38,051 nucleotides of DNA, taken from assembly GCA_002315455.1 (NCBI GenBank), contig DCGG01000175.1, positions 1-38,051 on the forward strand. Direction: 5' to 3'. Both the position numbers and the translations under genes were made by a program. The notes below the pieces were generated by a model, which was not told the DNA's origin, did no database searches, and was given only the letters and a program-made list of their open reading frames with translations. The DNA is from Lentisphaeria bacterium UBA1784 (GTDB lineage Bacteria > Verrucomicrobiota > Lentisphaeria > Victivallales > Victivallaceae). Shown here in pieces: positions 25,870 through 33,536 of this stretch; the stretch's first letter is position 1, and every line of letters begins with the position of its first letter.

Positions 25870-26868
25870 TCAGCAGTTCTGCTGCCAGCGCCACGCATCG
25901 CGGCACATGTCGACCAAAGTCTTTTCCGCGCGCCAGTGGAGCAGTTCCTTCGCTTTGGAGGGATCGGAGTAGCAGGTGGCGATGTCCCCCGGACGCCGGG
26001 GCGCAATCACGTAGTTGATTTTGACGCCGTTGGCCTCCTCGAAGGCCTTGATCACGTCCAGCACACTGTAGCCGATCCCTGTACCGAGATTGAACACCTC
26101 CGCGCCCTTGCTGGTTTCCGCATAGGCGAGCGCCGCCACGTGGCCCTTGGCGAGGTCCACCACGTGGATGTAGTCCCGGACTCCGGTGCCGTCCGGCGTG
26201 GGATAGTCGTCGCCGTAAACGTTCAGATGCTCCCGGATCCCCACCGCCGTCTGGGTAAGGTAGGGCAGCAGATTGTTGGGGATGCCGTTGGGACGCTCCC
26301 CGATCAATCCGCTCTCATGGGCGCCGATGGGGTTGAAGTACCGCAGGAGGACGATGGACATCTCCGGGGCCGCCTTGGCCACGCCCTGCAGGATCTGCTC
26401 GATCATGTACTTGGTCCAGCCGTAAGGATTGGTGCAGTTGCCGGTGGGCGCGGTCTCCTTGAAGGGGGCTTCGCTGTTGGCGCCATAGACCGTGGCGGAA
26501 GAACTGAAGATCAGTTTTTTGCACTGAAACTCCCGCATGACCTCCAGCAGAGTGAGGGTGGTGTCCAAATTGTTGCGGTAGTATTCGACGGGTTTCGCAA
26601 CGGATTCGCCCACGGCCTTGAATCCCGCGAAATGGATGACCGCCTCAACGGGGAACTCCCGGAACACCGTCTGCAGCGCAGGCTTGTCCGCCACGTCCAA
26701 CTGCCGGAATGCCGGACGCTTGCCGGTGATCTTTTCGATCTTGTCGGCAATCTCCGCCTTGCTGTTGGAGAGGTCGTCGACGATGACCACCTCTTTTTTC
26801 GTCTTGATCAGTTCCACCGCCGTGTGTGAACCGATGAATCCCATTCCGCCGGTGAGAAGTACTGCCAT
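25870..26868 (-). CDS. galE: UDP-glucose 4-epimerase
   Basis: 332 aa from the ATG at 26868. Has MAVLLTGGMGFIGSHTAVEL, SSSATVYG, YGWTKYMIEQIL (YxxxK) and DYIHVVDLAKGH. Confidence 0.9.
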   Translation of the reverse strand: MAVLLTGGMGFIGSHTAVELIKTKKEVVIVDDLSNSKAEIADKIEKITGKRPAFRQLDVADKPALQTVFREFPVEAVIHFAGFKAVGESVAKPVEYYRNNLDTTLTLLEVMREFQCKKLIFSSSATVYGANSEAPFKETAPTGNCTNPYGWTKYMIEQILQGVAKAAPEMSIVLLRYFNPIGAHESGLIGERPNGIPNNLLPYLTQTAVGIREHLNVYGDDYPTPDGTGVRDYIHVVDLAKGHVAALAYAETSKGAEVFNLGTGIGYSVLDVIKAFEEANGVKINYVIAPRRPGDIATCYSDPSKAKELLHWRAEKTLVDMCRDAWRWQQNC

Positions 26869-27060
26869 GATCGATCCGTCCTTTCTGCTTTCGTATTGAT
26901 CCGGTTTTCTCTGCACGTTCATAATGTAGCGGATTCTCCGCGATTTGTCAACCGGGAAGTCCATCCTTTTCTTTGCGATATTTCCCCGGAATGTGCTTGC
27001 AATCCCGGAAAATCAGGCTATATTCAAACCCGGAGACACAAATCGACAAGGAGGCAGATC

Positions 27061-27702
27061 ATGAACATGAACACGACCGCGATCTCGTTCGGCAATCTTT
27101 GGCGCACCTCCTGGACGGCGCTGAAAGGAAATTTCTGGAAAAGCATCGCCGTCATCTTCATCGTCGGCGCGCTGCAGAGCGCGGCCAGCTGTTTCAGTTT
27201 TTCCATCGGCACCATTCTGCTGCTGCCGCTGGAGATCGGAGTGACCATCTACTTTCTGCAGGTGGTGCGTGGAAGCGGTTCTCGGATCGAATCCATCTTT
27301 CTGCCGTTCAACAAGTACGGGCACTATCTCTGGGTCGCGATCCGCCCCAACGTCTTCGCGCTCCTCTGGGCCCTGCTCTTCGTCATCCCCGGGATCATCG
27401 CAAAGTACCGCTACGCACTCACCTACTACGTCGCCCTCGACGAACCGGAACTCTCCGCCAGAGAGGCCATGGCCAGGAGCTGCCGCATGATGAAAGGCCA
27501 CAAAATGCAGCTCTTCGGATATACCATCCTGATCGCGCTTCTGATCTCCGTTGCGACGGTGTTCACCCTCGGCATCGCGCTCTTCTGGCTGCTGCCCTGG
27601 TGCGGGAGTTTCATGGCCAACTACTATCTGGCGGTGAAGGCCGAATCGGAAGCCATCCCGGAGCAGGAGGCCGAAGCCTCCGCAGACGCGCCGGTCCGGT
27701 GA
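27061..27702 (+). CDS. DUF975-family integral membrane protein
   Basis: 213 aa from the ATG at 27061, with an AAGGAGG Shine-Dalgarno 5 nt upstream. The pattern FWKSIAVIFIVGAL...FVIPGIIAKYRYALTYYVALDEP...MKGHKMQLF fits DUF975 as I recall it. Confidence 0.7.
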   Translation: MNMNTTAISFGNLWRTSWTALKGNFWKSIAVIFIVGALQSAASCFSFSIGTILLLPLEIGVTIYFLQVVRGSGSRIESIFLPFNKYGHYLWVAIRPNVFALLWALLFVIPGIIAKYRYALTYYVALDEPELSAREAMARSCRMMKGHKMQLFGYTILIALLISVATVFTLGIALFWLLPWCGSFMANYYLAVKAESEAIPEQEAEASADAPVR

Positions 27703-27714
27703 CCGGAGTTTTTT
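27691..27714 (+). terminator. Short intrinsic terminator overlapping the DUF975 stop codon
   Basis: CCGGTC-cggt-GACCGG hairpin (27691-27706), followed by AG and a T6 run (27709-27714). Confidence 0.5.
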
Positions 27715-27737
27715 GCGGACTTCCCGGGGCGGAACGC

Positions 27738-27765
27738 TTGAAAAATCCCGGCTTCGGATTATAGT
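27738..27765 (+). promoter_or_regulatory. Candidate sigma-70-type promoter for mcsA-mcsB
   Basis: TTGAAA (27738-27743), a 16-nt spacer, then TATAGT (27760-27765), 40 nt upstream of the mcsA ATG. A GAGGAGAGG Shine-Dalgarno-like element lies between. No CtsR-type GGTCAAA direct repeat was seen. Confidence 0.45.
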
Positions 27766-27805
27766 AAGTGTGGAATGCCAGAATTGAGGAGAGGCTCGAA
27801 CTGCC

Positions 27806-28390
27806 ATGTTATGCGACCATTGTAAAAAAAACGAAGCGACCATCCACATCAAGGAGATCCACGACGGCAAGTGCGTCAGTCTGAATCTCTGCGCTCAATG
27901 CGCCGCCAGCAAGGAGGAGAAGGGCGAACTGGGAGCCTTCGGGTTGAACCTCGCCGACGCCCTCTTCCATATCGGCGCCATCACCCAGAAACTCCAGCAG
28001 CAGAACGCTGCCCACGCCGGAGCGCAGAAATCCGGGGCATCCGATCCTGAATCGGCGGCGAAAAGTACCATACCGGAAGGTCCCGTCTGCCCCGTCTGCG
28101 GCTGGACTCCGGAGAAGATCCGGGAGGCCAACGGAAAACTGGGCTGTCCCGAATGTTACCGCACCTTCGCCGACATGATCAATAACGCCGTGGATCACTT
28201 TCAGCGGGGAAAAACGCATCTCGGCAAGCACCCCGCATCCCACCCCGGCCATGCGGAGGGCGCCCTGCACGCAGAACTGCAACGGCTCCGCCGGGAACTG
28301 CAGAACTGCGTCCGCAAAGAGGACTACGAACAGGCGGCCGTCTGCCGCGACCGGATCAAGGAGATCCAGGCCCGGCTGGATGAAAAGTAA
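27806..28390 (+). CDS. mcsA: Protein arginine kinase activator (UvrB/UvrC-motif protein)
   Basis: Two CxxC zinc-finger pairs (CDHC...CAQC; CPVC...CPEC) plus a C-terminal UVR segment (EDYEQAAVCRDRIKEIQARL). Confidence 0.8.
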   Translation: MLCDHCKKNEATIHIKEIHDGKCVSLNLCAQCAASKEEKGELGAFGLNLADALFHIGAITQKLQQQNAAHAGAQKSGASDPESAAKSTIPEGPVCPVCGWTPEKIREANGKLGCPECYRTFADMINNAVDHFQRGKTHLGKHPASHPGHAEGALHAELQRLRRELQNCVRKEDYEQAAVCRDRIKEIQARLDEK

Positions 28391-28414
28391 TCCCGGAACC
28401 CAAAGGCGTTTCCC

Positions 28415-29476
28415 ATGAGCGACCCCATTGAAACTTTGTTGAAAAACCCGGTGAGTTTCCTCTGCGATGCACCGCCGGAGGAGGATATCGCCATCTCCAC
28501 CCGCATCCGGCTGGCCCGGAACCTCGCGGGATTCCCCTTCCCCTCCGCGGCGGACGAGGAGTCTGCGAAGGCCGTCTGCGACCGGGTCACCCGGGCGGCG
28601 GCGGAGTCCAACGCGCTGGGATGCCCCGATTGCTACCGTTTTGATCCCGCCGAAATGGCTCCGCTGGACCGGGAGATCCTTCTGGAACGCAGACTGGCCA
28701 GCCGGGATTTTCTGGAACGCCCATTCGGCACGCGGTTGCTGGTCCGGGGAGATGAATCCAGTTCCATCATGATCAACGAGGAGGATCAGCTCCGGCTGCA
28801 GACCATCCGGCCGGGGTTCCGCCTCGACGAGGTGTGGGAGGAGATCAACACCCTCGACGACGAATTGAGCGCACATCTGGAATACGCCTACGACGACCGC
28901 CTCGGATACCTCACCAGCTGTCCCACCAACCTCGGGACGGGAATGCGGGCCTCGGTGATGCTCCACCTGCCCGGTCTGGTGATGGCGGACGCCATCGGCC
29001 CCACCATGCAAGGCGTGCTGAAACTGAACCTCGCAGTCCGGGGGATCTTCGGCGAAGGTTCCGACCACCGGGGAGACCTCTTTCAGATCTCCAACCAGTC
29101 CACGCTGGGGGAGAGCGAGGCGCAGATCCTCGCCCATCTGAAGATGGTCATCGAACAACTGATCCGGCAGGAAAAAAATGCCCGTCAACGGCTGCTGGCA
29201 CAGGACCGTTACACCCTTCTGGATCAGGTAGGGCGCGCCTACGGGGCGCTGCTCCACAGCTACAAACTCTCCAGCGCAGAGGCGTTGAGCAGTCTCTCCA
29301 AACTCCGGCTGGGGGTCGATCTGAACCTTTTCGGCAAATTGGAGATCCTCCGGGTCAACGAACTCTTTCTCGCCATCAATCCGGCACATCTGCAGAAGTT
29401 GACCGGCGCCGAACTCTCCGAGGCCGAACGAGACGTCCGCCGCGCCTCCCTCTGCCGCGCGAAACTTCATCCGTAA
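28415..29476 (+). CDS. mcsB: Protein arginine kinase (ATP:guanido phosphotransferase family)
   Basis: 353 aa with the guanidino-kinase signature CPTNLGTGMRASVMLHLPGL, plus NEEDQLRLQ and GESEAQIL blocks. Confidence 0.9.
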   Translation: MSDPIETLLKNPVSFLCDAPPEEDIAISTRIRLARNLAGFPFPSAADEESAKAVCDRVTRAAAESNALGCPDCYRFDPAEMAPLDREILLERRLASRDFLERPFGTRLLVRGDESSSIMINEEDQLRLQTIRPGFRLDEVWEEINTLDDELSAHLEYAYDDRLGYLTSCPTNLGTGMRASVMLHLPGLVMADAIGPTMQGVLKLNLAVRGIFGEGSDHRGDLFQISNQSTLGESEAQILAHLKMVIEQLIRQEKNARQRLLAQDRYTLLDQVGRAYGALLHSYKLSSAEALSSLSKLRLGVDLNLFGKLEILRVNELFLAINPAHLQKLTGAELSEAERDVRRASLCRAKLHP

Positions 29477-29506
29477 GAAGGAGCCGTTCTTCCCCTCCCC
29501 CGACTT

Positions 29507-29750
29507 TCGCAACGCGGTCCTCTCCGGCACTCTTTTGCTCCGGAGTTGTCATGGAAGGTCTCTCCCTCCGCAATGCGGTCCCTCTCAAACCCAAAGGTCC
29601 GCCCCCGCGGTGGACGTCCGCAACGCTCCCGGGTTGAAAGGAGGCCGCGATGACGGACCCTAAAATCCTGCCGTAACGTTATGGGCACTTCTAAAAGTTC
29701 ATTCCGGCGGCTTGCCGCCTTTGAGAAAAGTCCGCAACGCGCGACTTTTC
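29507..29750 (+). repeat. Cluster of four copies of a short dispersed motif (Y)CGCAAYGC(G) in non-coding DNA
   Basis: Copies are tCGCAACGCGG at 29507-29517, CCGCAATGCGG at 29568-29578, CCGCAACGC at 29618-29626 and CCGCAACGCGC at 29732-29742. The last copy sits in the loop of a GAAAAGTC/GACTTTTC hairpin (29725-29750). Confidence 0.45.
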
Positions 29751-30105
29751 GGCAGTTACCACTCCGAGTAGCCGCTTCAAATTTGCACATTGCGCCTTTT
29801 TCCTCACAGGCTCACAATCCATCCGTTTGAATTTTCAGAGGTGCCCTTGCCCTATGTCCCCCCCGCAAAAGTTAAAATAGCACCCATACCTGGACATTAT
29901 GCGTCCGGGTCTGATCATTTCCTGAAAATTCTTCGACTTTTTTATCATCCCGCCCCCGGGAGCCGCATCTCCGGACGGACCGGGATGGCAAATGATCGCG
30001 TTCCCCGGACGTTTTTTCAACACTTCCCATTGAAAAATCCCCGTTTCTGCAGTAATGTATGCGCAGACGGTACCATGCCGCACCGCCGTTCAAACAGGAT
30101 CCCTC

Positions 30106-30801
30106 ATGCAATACCGGAATATCGTCAAAGGCATCTTTCTGGAACGCCAGAACCGCTTCATCGCCAAAGTGGAAATCAACGGAAAAGCGGAGACCGTCCA
30201 CGTCAAAAACACCGGGCGCTGCAAAGAACTTCTGCGCCCCGGAACCACCGTCTATCTGGAGCCCGGAACCAATCCGCTTCGCCGCACCCGCTGCGATCTT
30301 GTGGCAGTGGAGAAGATCCGGGACGGCAAAGTACCCCTCGCCATCAACATGGATTCTCAAGTTCCCAACGCCGCTGCGGCGGAATGGCTCCCCTGCAGCG
30401 GCCTCTTTTCTCCCGGTGCGCACATCCGCAGAGAGGTCACCTTCGGCGACTCCCGCTTCGACCTCTATGTCGAGGATGGTCCCCGCCGCTGCTTCATGGA
30501 GGTCAAAGGCGTCACCCTGGAGCAGAATGGCATCGCCCTCTTTCCCGACGCCCCCACCCTGCGGGGCGTGAAGCACCTGAAGGAACTGGTCCGCTGCAAA
30601 GCGGCCGGATACGAAGCCTTTCTGCTCTTCGTTATTCAGATGAAGGAGATCCGCCGCTTCTCCCCCAACGATGCCATGCATCCAGAGTTCGGAGCCGCGC
30701 TCCGGGAGGCTGCGGCCGCCGGCGTGAGGCTTCTCGCCATGGACTGCCGCATCACCCCGGACTCCATCACCATCGCCGATCCCGTTCCCATCGAACTGTG
30801 A
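30106..30801 (+). CDS. sfsA: Sugar fermentation stimulation protein A (SfsA-family nuclease-fold DNA-binding protein)
   Basis: MQYRNIVKGIFLERQNRFIAKVEINGKAETVHVKNTGRCKELL is the SfsA N-terminal signature, followed by FMEVKGVTL. The ATG is at 30106. Confidence 0.85.
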   Translation: MQYRNIVKGIFLERQNRFIAKVEINGKAETVHVKNTGRCKELLRPGTTVYLEPGTNPLRRTRCDLVAVEKIRDGKVPLAINMDSQVPNAAAAEWLPCSGLFSPGAHIRREVTFGDSRFDLYVEDGPRRCFMEVKGVTLEQNGIALFPDAPTLRGVKHLKELVRCKAAGYEAFLLFVIQMKEIRRFSPNDAMHPEFGAALREAAAAGVRLLAMDCRITPDSITIADPVPIEL

Positions 30802-30974
30802 AGGCGCCCCGCCTCCCGGTGCGATCTCTGAGAACGCAGAAGCGGAAAACATGCGAACATATCAGAGCCATTTCCCGGTCAGAACATATCCTTTATTTTC
30901 AAAAAACATGGAGAAATCATCACGTTTCCAGCGGATTTTCCTGTCTTTTTTGCGAAAAACCTCCGAATGAACGG

Positions 30975-31003
30975 TTGACAAATCCCTCGGCAGGTGATAG
31001 ATT
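30975..31003 (+). promoter_or_regulatory. Candidate sigma-70-type promoter for the MFS transporter gene
   Basis: TTGACA (30975-30980), a 17-nt spacer, then TAGATT (30998-31003), about 60 nt upstream of the ATG at 31066. Confidence 0.45.
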
Positions 31004-31065
31004 AACAATACTTCGTAAAAAAAGCACTTTTTTTCACATATGCAATCAGGAAAGGTTTCTGACCC

Positions 31066-32463
31066 ATGGCAACGCAGGCTCCCGCGGAAGGCGCAAAGAA
31101 AATCTATAAAGTAGGAACGTTGGTCTATACCTCCGGCGGATTGATCGCTCTCTTCTGCTGGCTCCTCGGAGGGGAGTTCCCCATGATGTTCAAGGACCGG
31201 GCCCTCGGCGCCTGCGCCACCCAACTCATCACCAAGATCGGCGTCTCCGACCTCTTTTACTCCCTCGTGGTCATCGCGTTCCCCAGTTTCACCAACATCT
31301 TCCTCTGCCCCATCGTCGCCTACATCTCCGACCGGCACAGGGGCCGCTTCGGACGGCGAATTCCCTTTCTGATGTTCACCACGCCATTCGTGGTGATCGG
31401 CACCGCGGGGCTGGGGTTCTCCATCATGCTCGGTGAACAGCTCTGCCGGTTCACGGAGTTCCTCCAGCCCGGACTGCTCAGCCTCCACGCGGCGCAGGTG
31501 ATTTGCTTCTCGGTTTTCTGGGTACTGCTGGATTTCGGAGCCACCCTCACCGGCACCATCTCCAACGCCCTGATCACCGACGTGATCCCGCAGGAGGTCA
31601 TGGGACGCTTTTTCGGCATCACCCGCGGCCTGAACCTCGGCGCCGGAATCGTTTTCAATGCGGTCCTCATGGGCATGGTCAACCAGTACTACCTCTACAT
31701 TTTCTCCGGCGTTGCCCTCTTCTACGCGCTGGGTCTGATCATCCTCTGCCTCAAAGTGAAGGAGGGCGACTATCCGCCGCCGCCCTCCGTGGAGCCCGGC
31801 AGTTCCGCCATGAGCAAGATCGTCACCCCCATCCTGACCTATTTCAGACAGTGCTTCTCCCATCCCTATTACATTCTGCTGATCATCGTTTTCGCCTTCA
31901 GCCGCTACGCCTGCGGCCCCTTCAACATGTACGCTGTGCGTTACGGGTTGAGCCTCGACGTGGACATGGCGCTTTACGGACGGGTGGTCGCGGCCGCTTA
32001 TTTCGGGAGCTTCCTGCTGAGCGTGCCGCTGGGCTGGGTGGCGGACAAAGTCCATCCCCTCCGGGCCACCATGGTCGCTCTGATCCTCTACGGGATCACC
32101 ATGGCCTACGGATGGCTTTTCGTGGGGAATAACGTCCAAAAATTTGTGATCGTCCTCTTCCTCCACACCATCATCAGCGGATGCTACATCACGGTCTCCG
32201 GATCGCTTCAGCCTCGGCTCTTCCCCCGAGCCATCTATGCGCAGTTCCATTCGGCCTTCTCCATCATCAGCGCCATGCTGACCTGCCTCTGCGCCTGGTG
32301 CTTCGGCGAACTCCTGAGTTTCTTCGGGACTTACAAGGTGGTGTTCCCCGGATGCATCATGCTGACGCTCGCCGCCGTGATCGGATACACCTTCGTGCTT
32401 CAGAAGTTCAAGAAGTACGGCGGCGACAAGGCCTACCGCGCCCCCATGCCGGACGAACGCTGA
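31066..32463 (+). CDS. MFS-type transporter (GPH/sugar-cation symporter-like loop motif)
   Basis: 465 aa and polytopic. The cytoplasmic loop SDRHRGRFGRRIPFLMF resembles the D-R-x-x-x-R-x-G-R-R motif of GPH-like MFS members. Confidence 0.8.
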   Translation: MATQAPAEGAKKIYKVGTLVYTSGGLIALFCWLLGGEFPMMFKDRALGACATQLITKIGVSDLFYSLVVIAFPSFTNIFLCPIVAYISDRHRGRFGRRIPFLMFTTPFVVIGTAGLGFSIMLGEQLCRFTEFLQPGLLSLHAAQVICFSVFWVLLDFGATLTGTISNALITDVIPQEVMGRFFGITRGLNLGAGIVFNAVLMGMVNQYYLYIFSGVALFYALGLIILCLKVKEGDYPPPPSVEPGSSAMSKIVTPILTYFRQCFSHPYYILLIIVFAFSRYACGPFNMYAVRYGLSLDVDMALYGRVVAAAYFGSFLLSVPLGWVADKVHPLRATMVALILYGITMAYGWLFVGNNVQKFVIVLFLHTIISGCYITVSGSLQPRLFPRAIYAQFHSAFSIISAMLTCLCAWCFGELLSFFGTYKVVFPGCIMLTLAAVIGYTFVLQKFKKYGGDKAYRAPMPDER

Positions 32464-32482
32464 CCCGGCCCCCGGCCGTACC

Positions 32483-33256
32483 ATGTCCCGACTGCTGGAT
32501 GATCTGCTCCTCTGCTATGAGGAGATGACGCGGGAGTATCTTCTGAGCGAAGACGCCCACCTCGTGCGCAACGTCCGTCTGAAGCATGCCCACACCCGCC
32601 GGGTGCTGCTCACCGTGCAGGACCTCTGCCGCGAAGAGATGCTCTCCACCGAAACCACTCGTCTGGCGGAACTGGCGGCGCTACTCCACGACTGGAGCCG
32701 CTTCGAGCAATTCCGGCGCTACCACACCTACAATGACGGGATGAGCGAGGACCACGGGGACGCCTCTGCGGAAATGATCTTCCGGGACGGACTTCTGCCC
32801 GGCCTCCCCGATGCGGAGGTTGCGGATATTGCGGATGCCGTCCGCTGCCACAACAAACTGGCGATCCCGGCGGAACTCTCCCCCCGGGCGCAGGAACTCT
32901 GTCGCATCGTCCGGGACGGGGACAAACTGGATATTTTCTCCGTGCTTCTGGATTACCTGCAGTATCCGGACGATCCCGCCGTCACCCTCAGCCTGAAGGA
33001 AGGCATGGATTTGACTCCCGCCGTCGTGGAGAAGGCCTCCCTGCGGCTCAATCCGCCCCATCAGGAACTGCGGACCAAAGCGGATTTCATCCTGACCAGG
33101 CTGCTCTGGGCCTACGACCTCAACTACAGGTTCACCGCCCGGATGTTTTTGAAAGAGAATCTGCTGCCCCGGATGCGGGCCCAGCTGCCCCCTTCGGCGG
33201 CGGCGGACCGCATCCTGCAGGAAGCCATCGCCCATCTTCAGGCCTTCGTCCGCTGA
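32483..33256 (+). CDS. HD-domain phosphohydrolase-like protein
   Basis: 257 aa with His/Asp metal ligands in HTRRVL and LAALLHDWSRFE, plus DHGDASAEM. It starts 19 nt after the MFS gene. Confidence 0.7.
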   Translation: MSRLLDDLLLCYEEMTREYLLSEDAHLVRNVRLKHAHTRRVLLTVQDLCREEMLSTETTRLAELAALLHDWSRFEQFRRYHTYNDGMSEDHGDASAEMIFRDGLLPGLPDAEVADIADAVRCHNKLAIPAELSPRAQELCRIVRDGDKLDIFSVLLDYLQYPDDPAVTLSLKEGMDLTPAVVEKASLRLNPPHQELRTKADFILTRLLWAYDLNYRFTARMFLKENLLPRMRAQLPPSAAADRILQEAIAHLQAFVR

Positions 33257-33536
33257 AGCGCACGTTCCATCTCCTTCGCACCCTGCTTTTTCGCCCCCTT
33301 TCCGCGGCGGAAAAATTTTATTGCCAAATACAATAAAAAAGTACGGAAAAATATTTGCATTTTCTGATTTTCCTCTCAAAATAAAAAAAGGGGGGGCGGC
33401 GTTTTCTGTGCAGAGTTCGGTGCATGGACGCCGGCTCCGACTTGGCCAGTCGCAATTGCAAAAGCCGCAGAAAACGGCTTGACCGCGGACAAACCGGTCT
33501 TCAGACCAGCCCCGCAGAAAAAAAGGAGAAATCATC

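Noticed and set aside
27809-29530. 573-aa minus-strand ORF opposite mcsA-mcsB
   Set aside because: It crosses the mcsA/mcsB intergenic gap without regard to gene structure and has no motifs. The plus strand carries unambiguous McsA and McsB signatures.
29723-29750. GAGAAAAGTCCG resembles the RNase P RNA P4 segment (GAGGAAAGTCCGGGC)
   Set aside because: The match ends after AAAGTCCG. There is no complementary ACAGAA-CCGGCTTA-type 3' P4 strand and no other conserved RNase P regions nearby. I also saw no tmRNA-like (tRNA-like 3' end) or SRP-like features in 29477-30105.
29477-30105. Possible decayed clpC gene downstream of mcsB
   Set aside because: No frame gives anything like the ClpC N-domain or Walker motifs, and the region is far too short. 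The recurring xRNAxL peptides arise from one DNA motif read in different frames, not from a protein repeat.
29790-31109. 439-aa plus-strand ORF running through sfsA in another frame
   Set aside because: It is Arg/Ser/Pro/His-rich with no motifs. It overlaps the well-supported sfsA frame and the candidate MFS promoter.
30862-32484. 540-aa minus-strand ORF opposite the MFS transporter gene
   Set aside because: Its Asp/Glu/Gly/His-rich composition mirrors the hydrophobic codons of the transporter. It is a shadow ORF.
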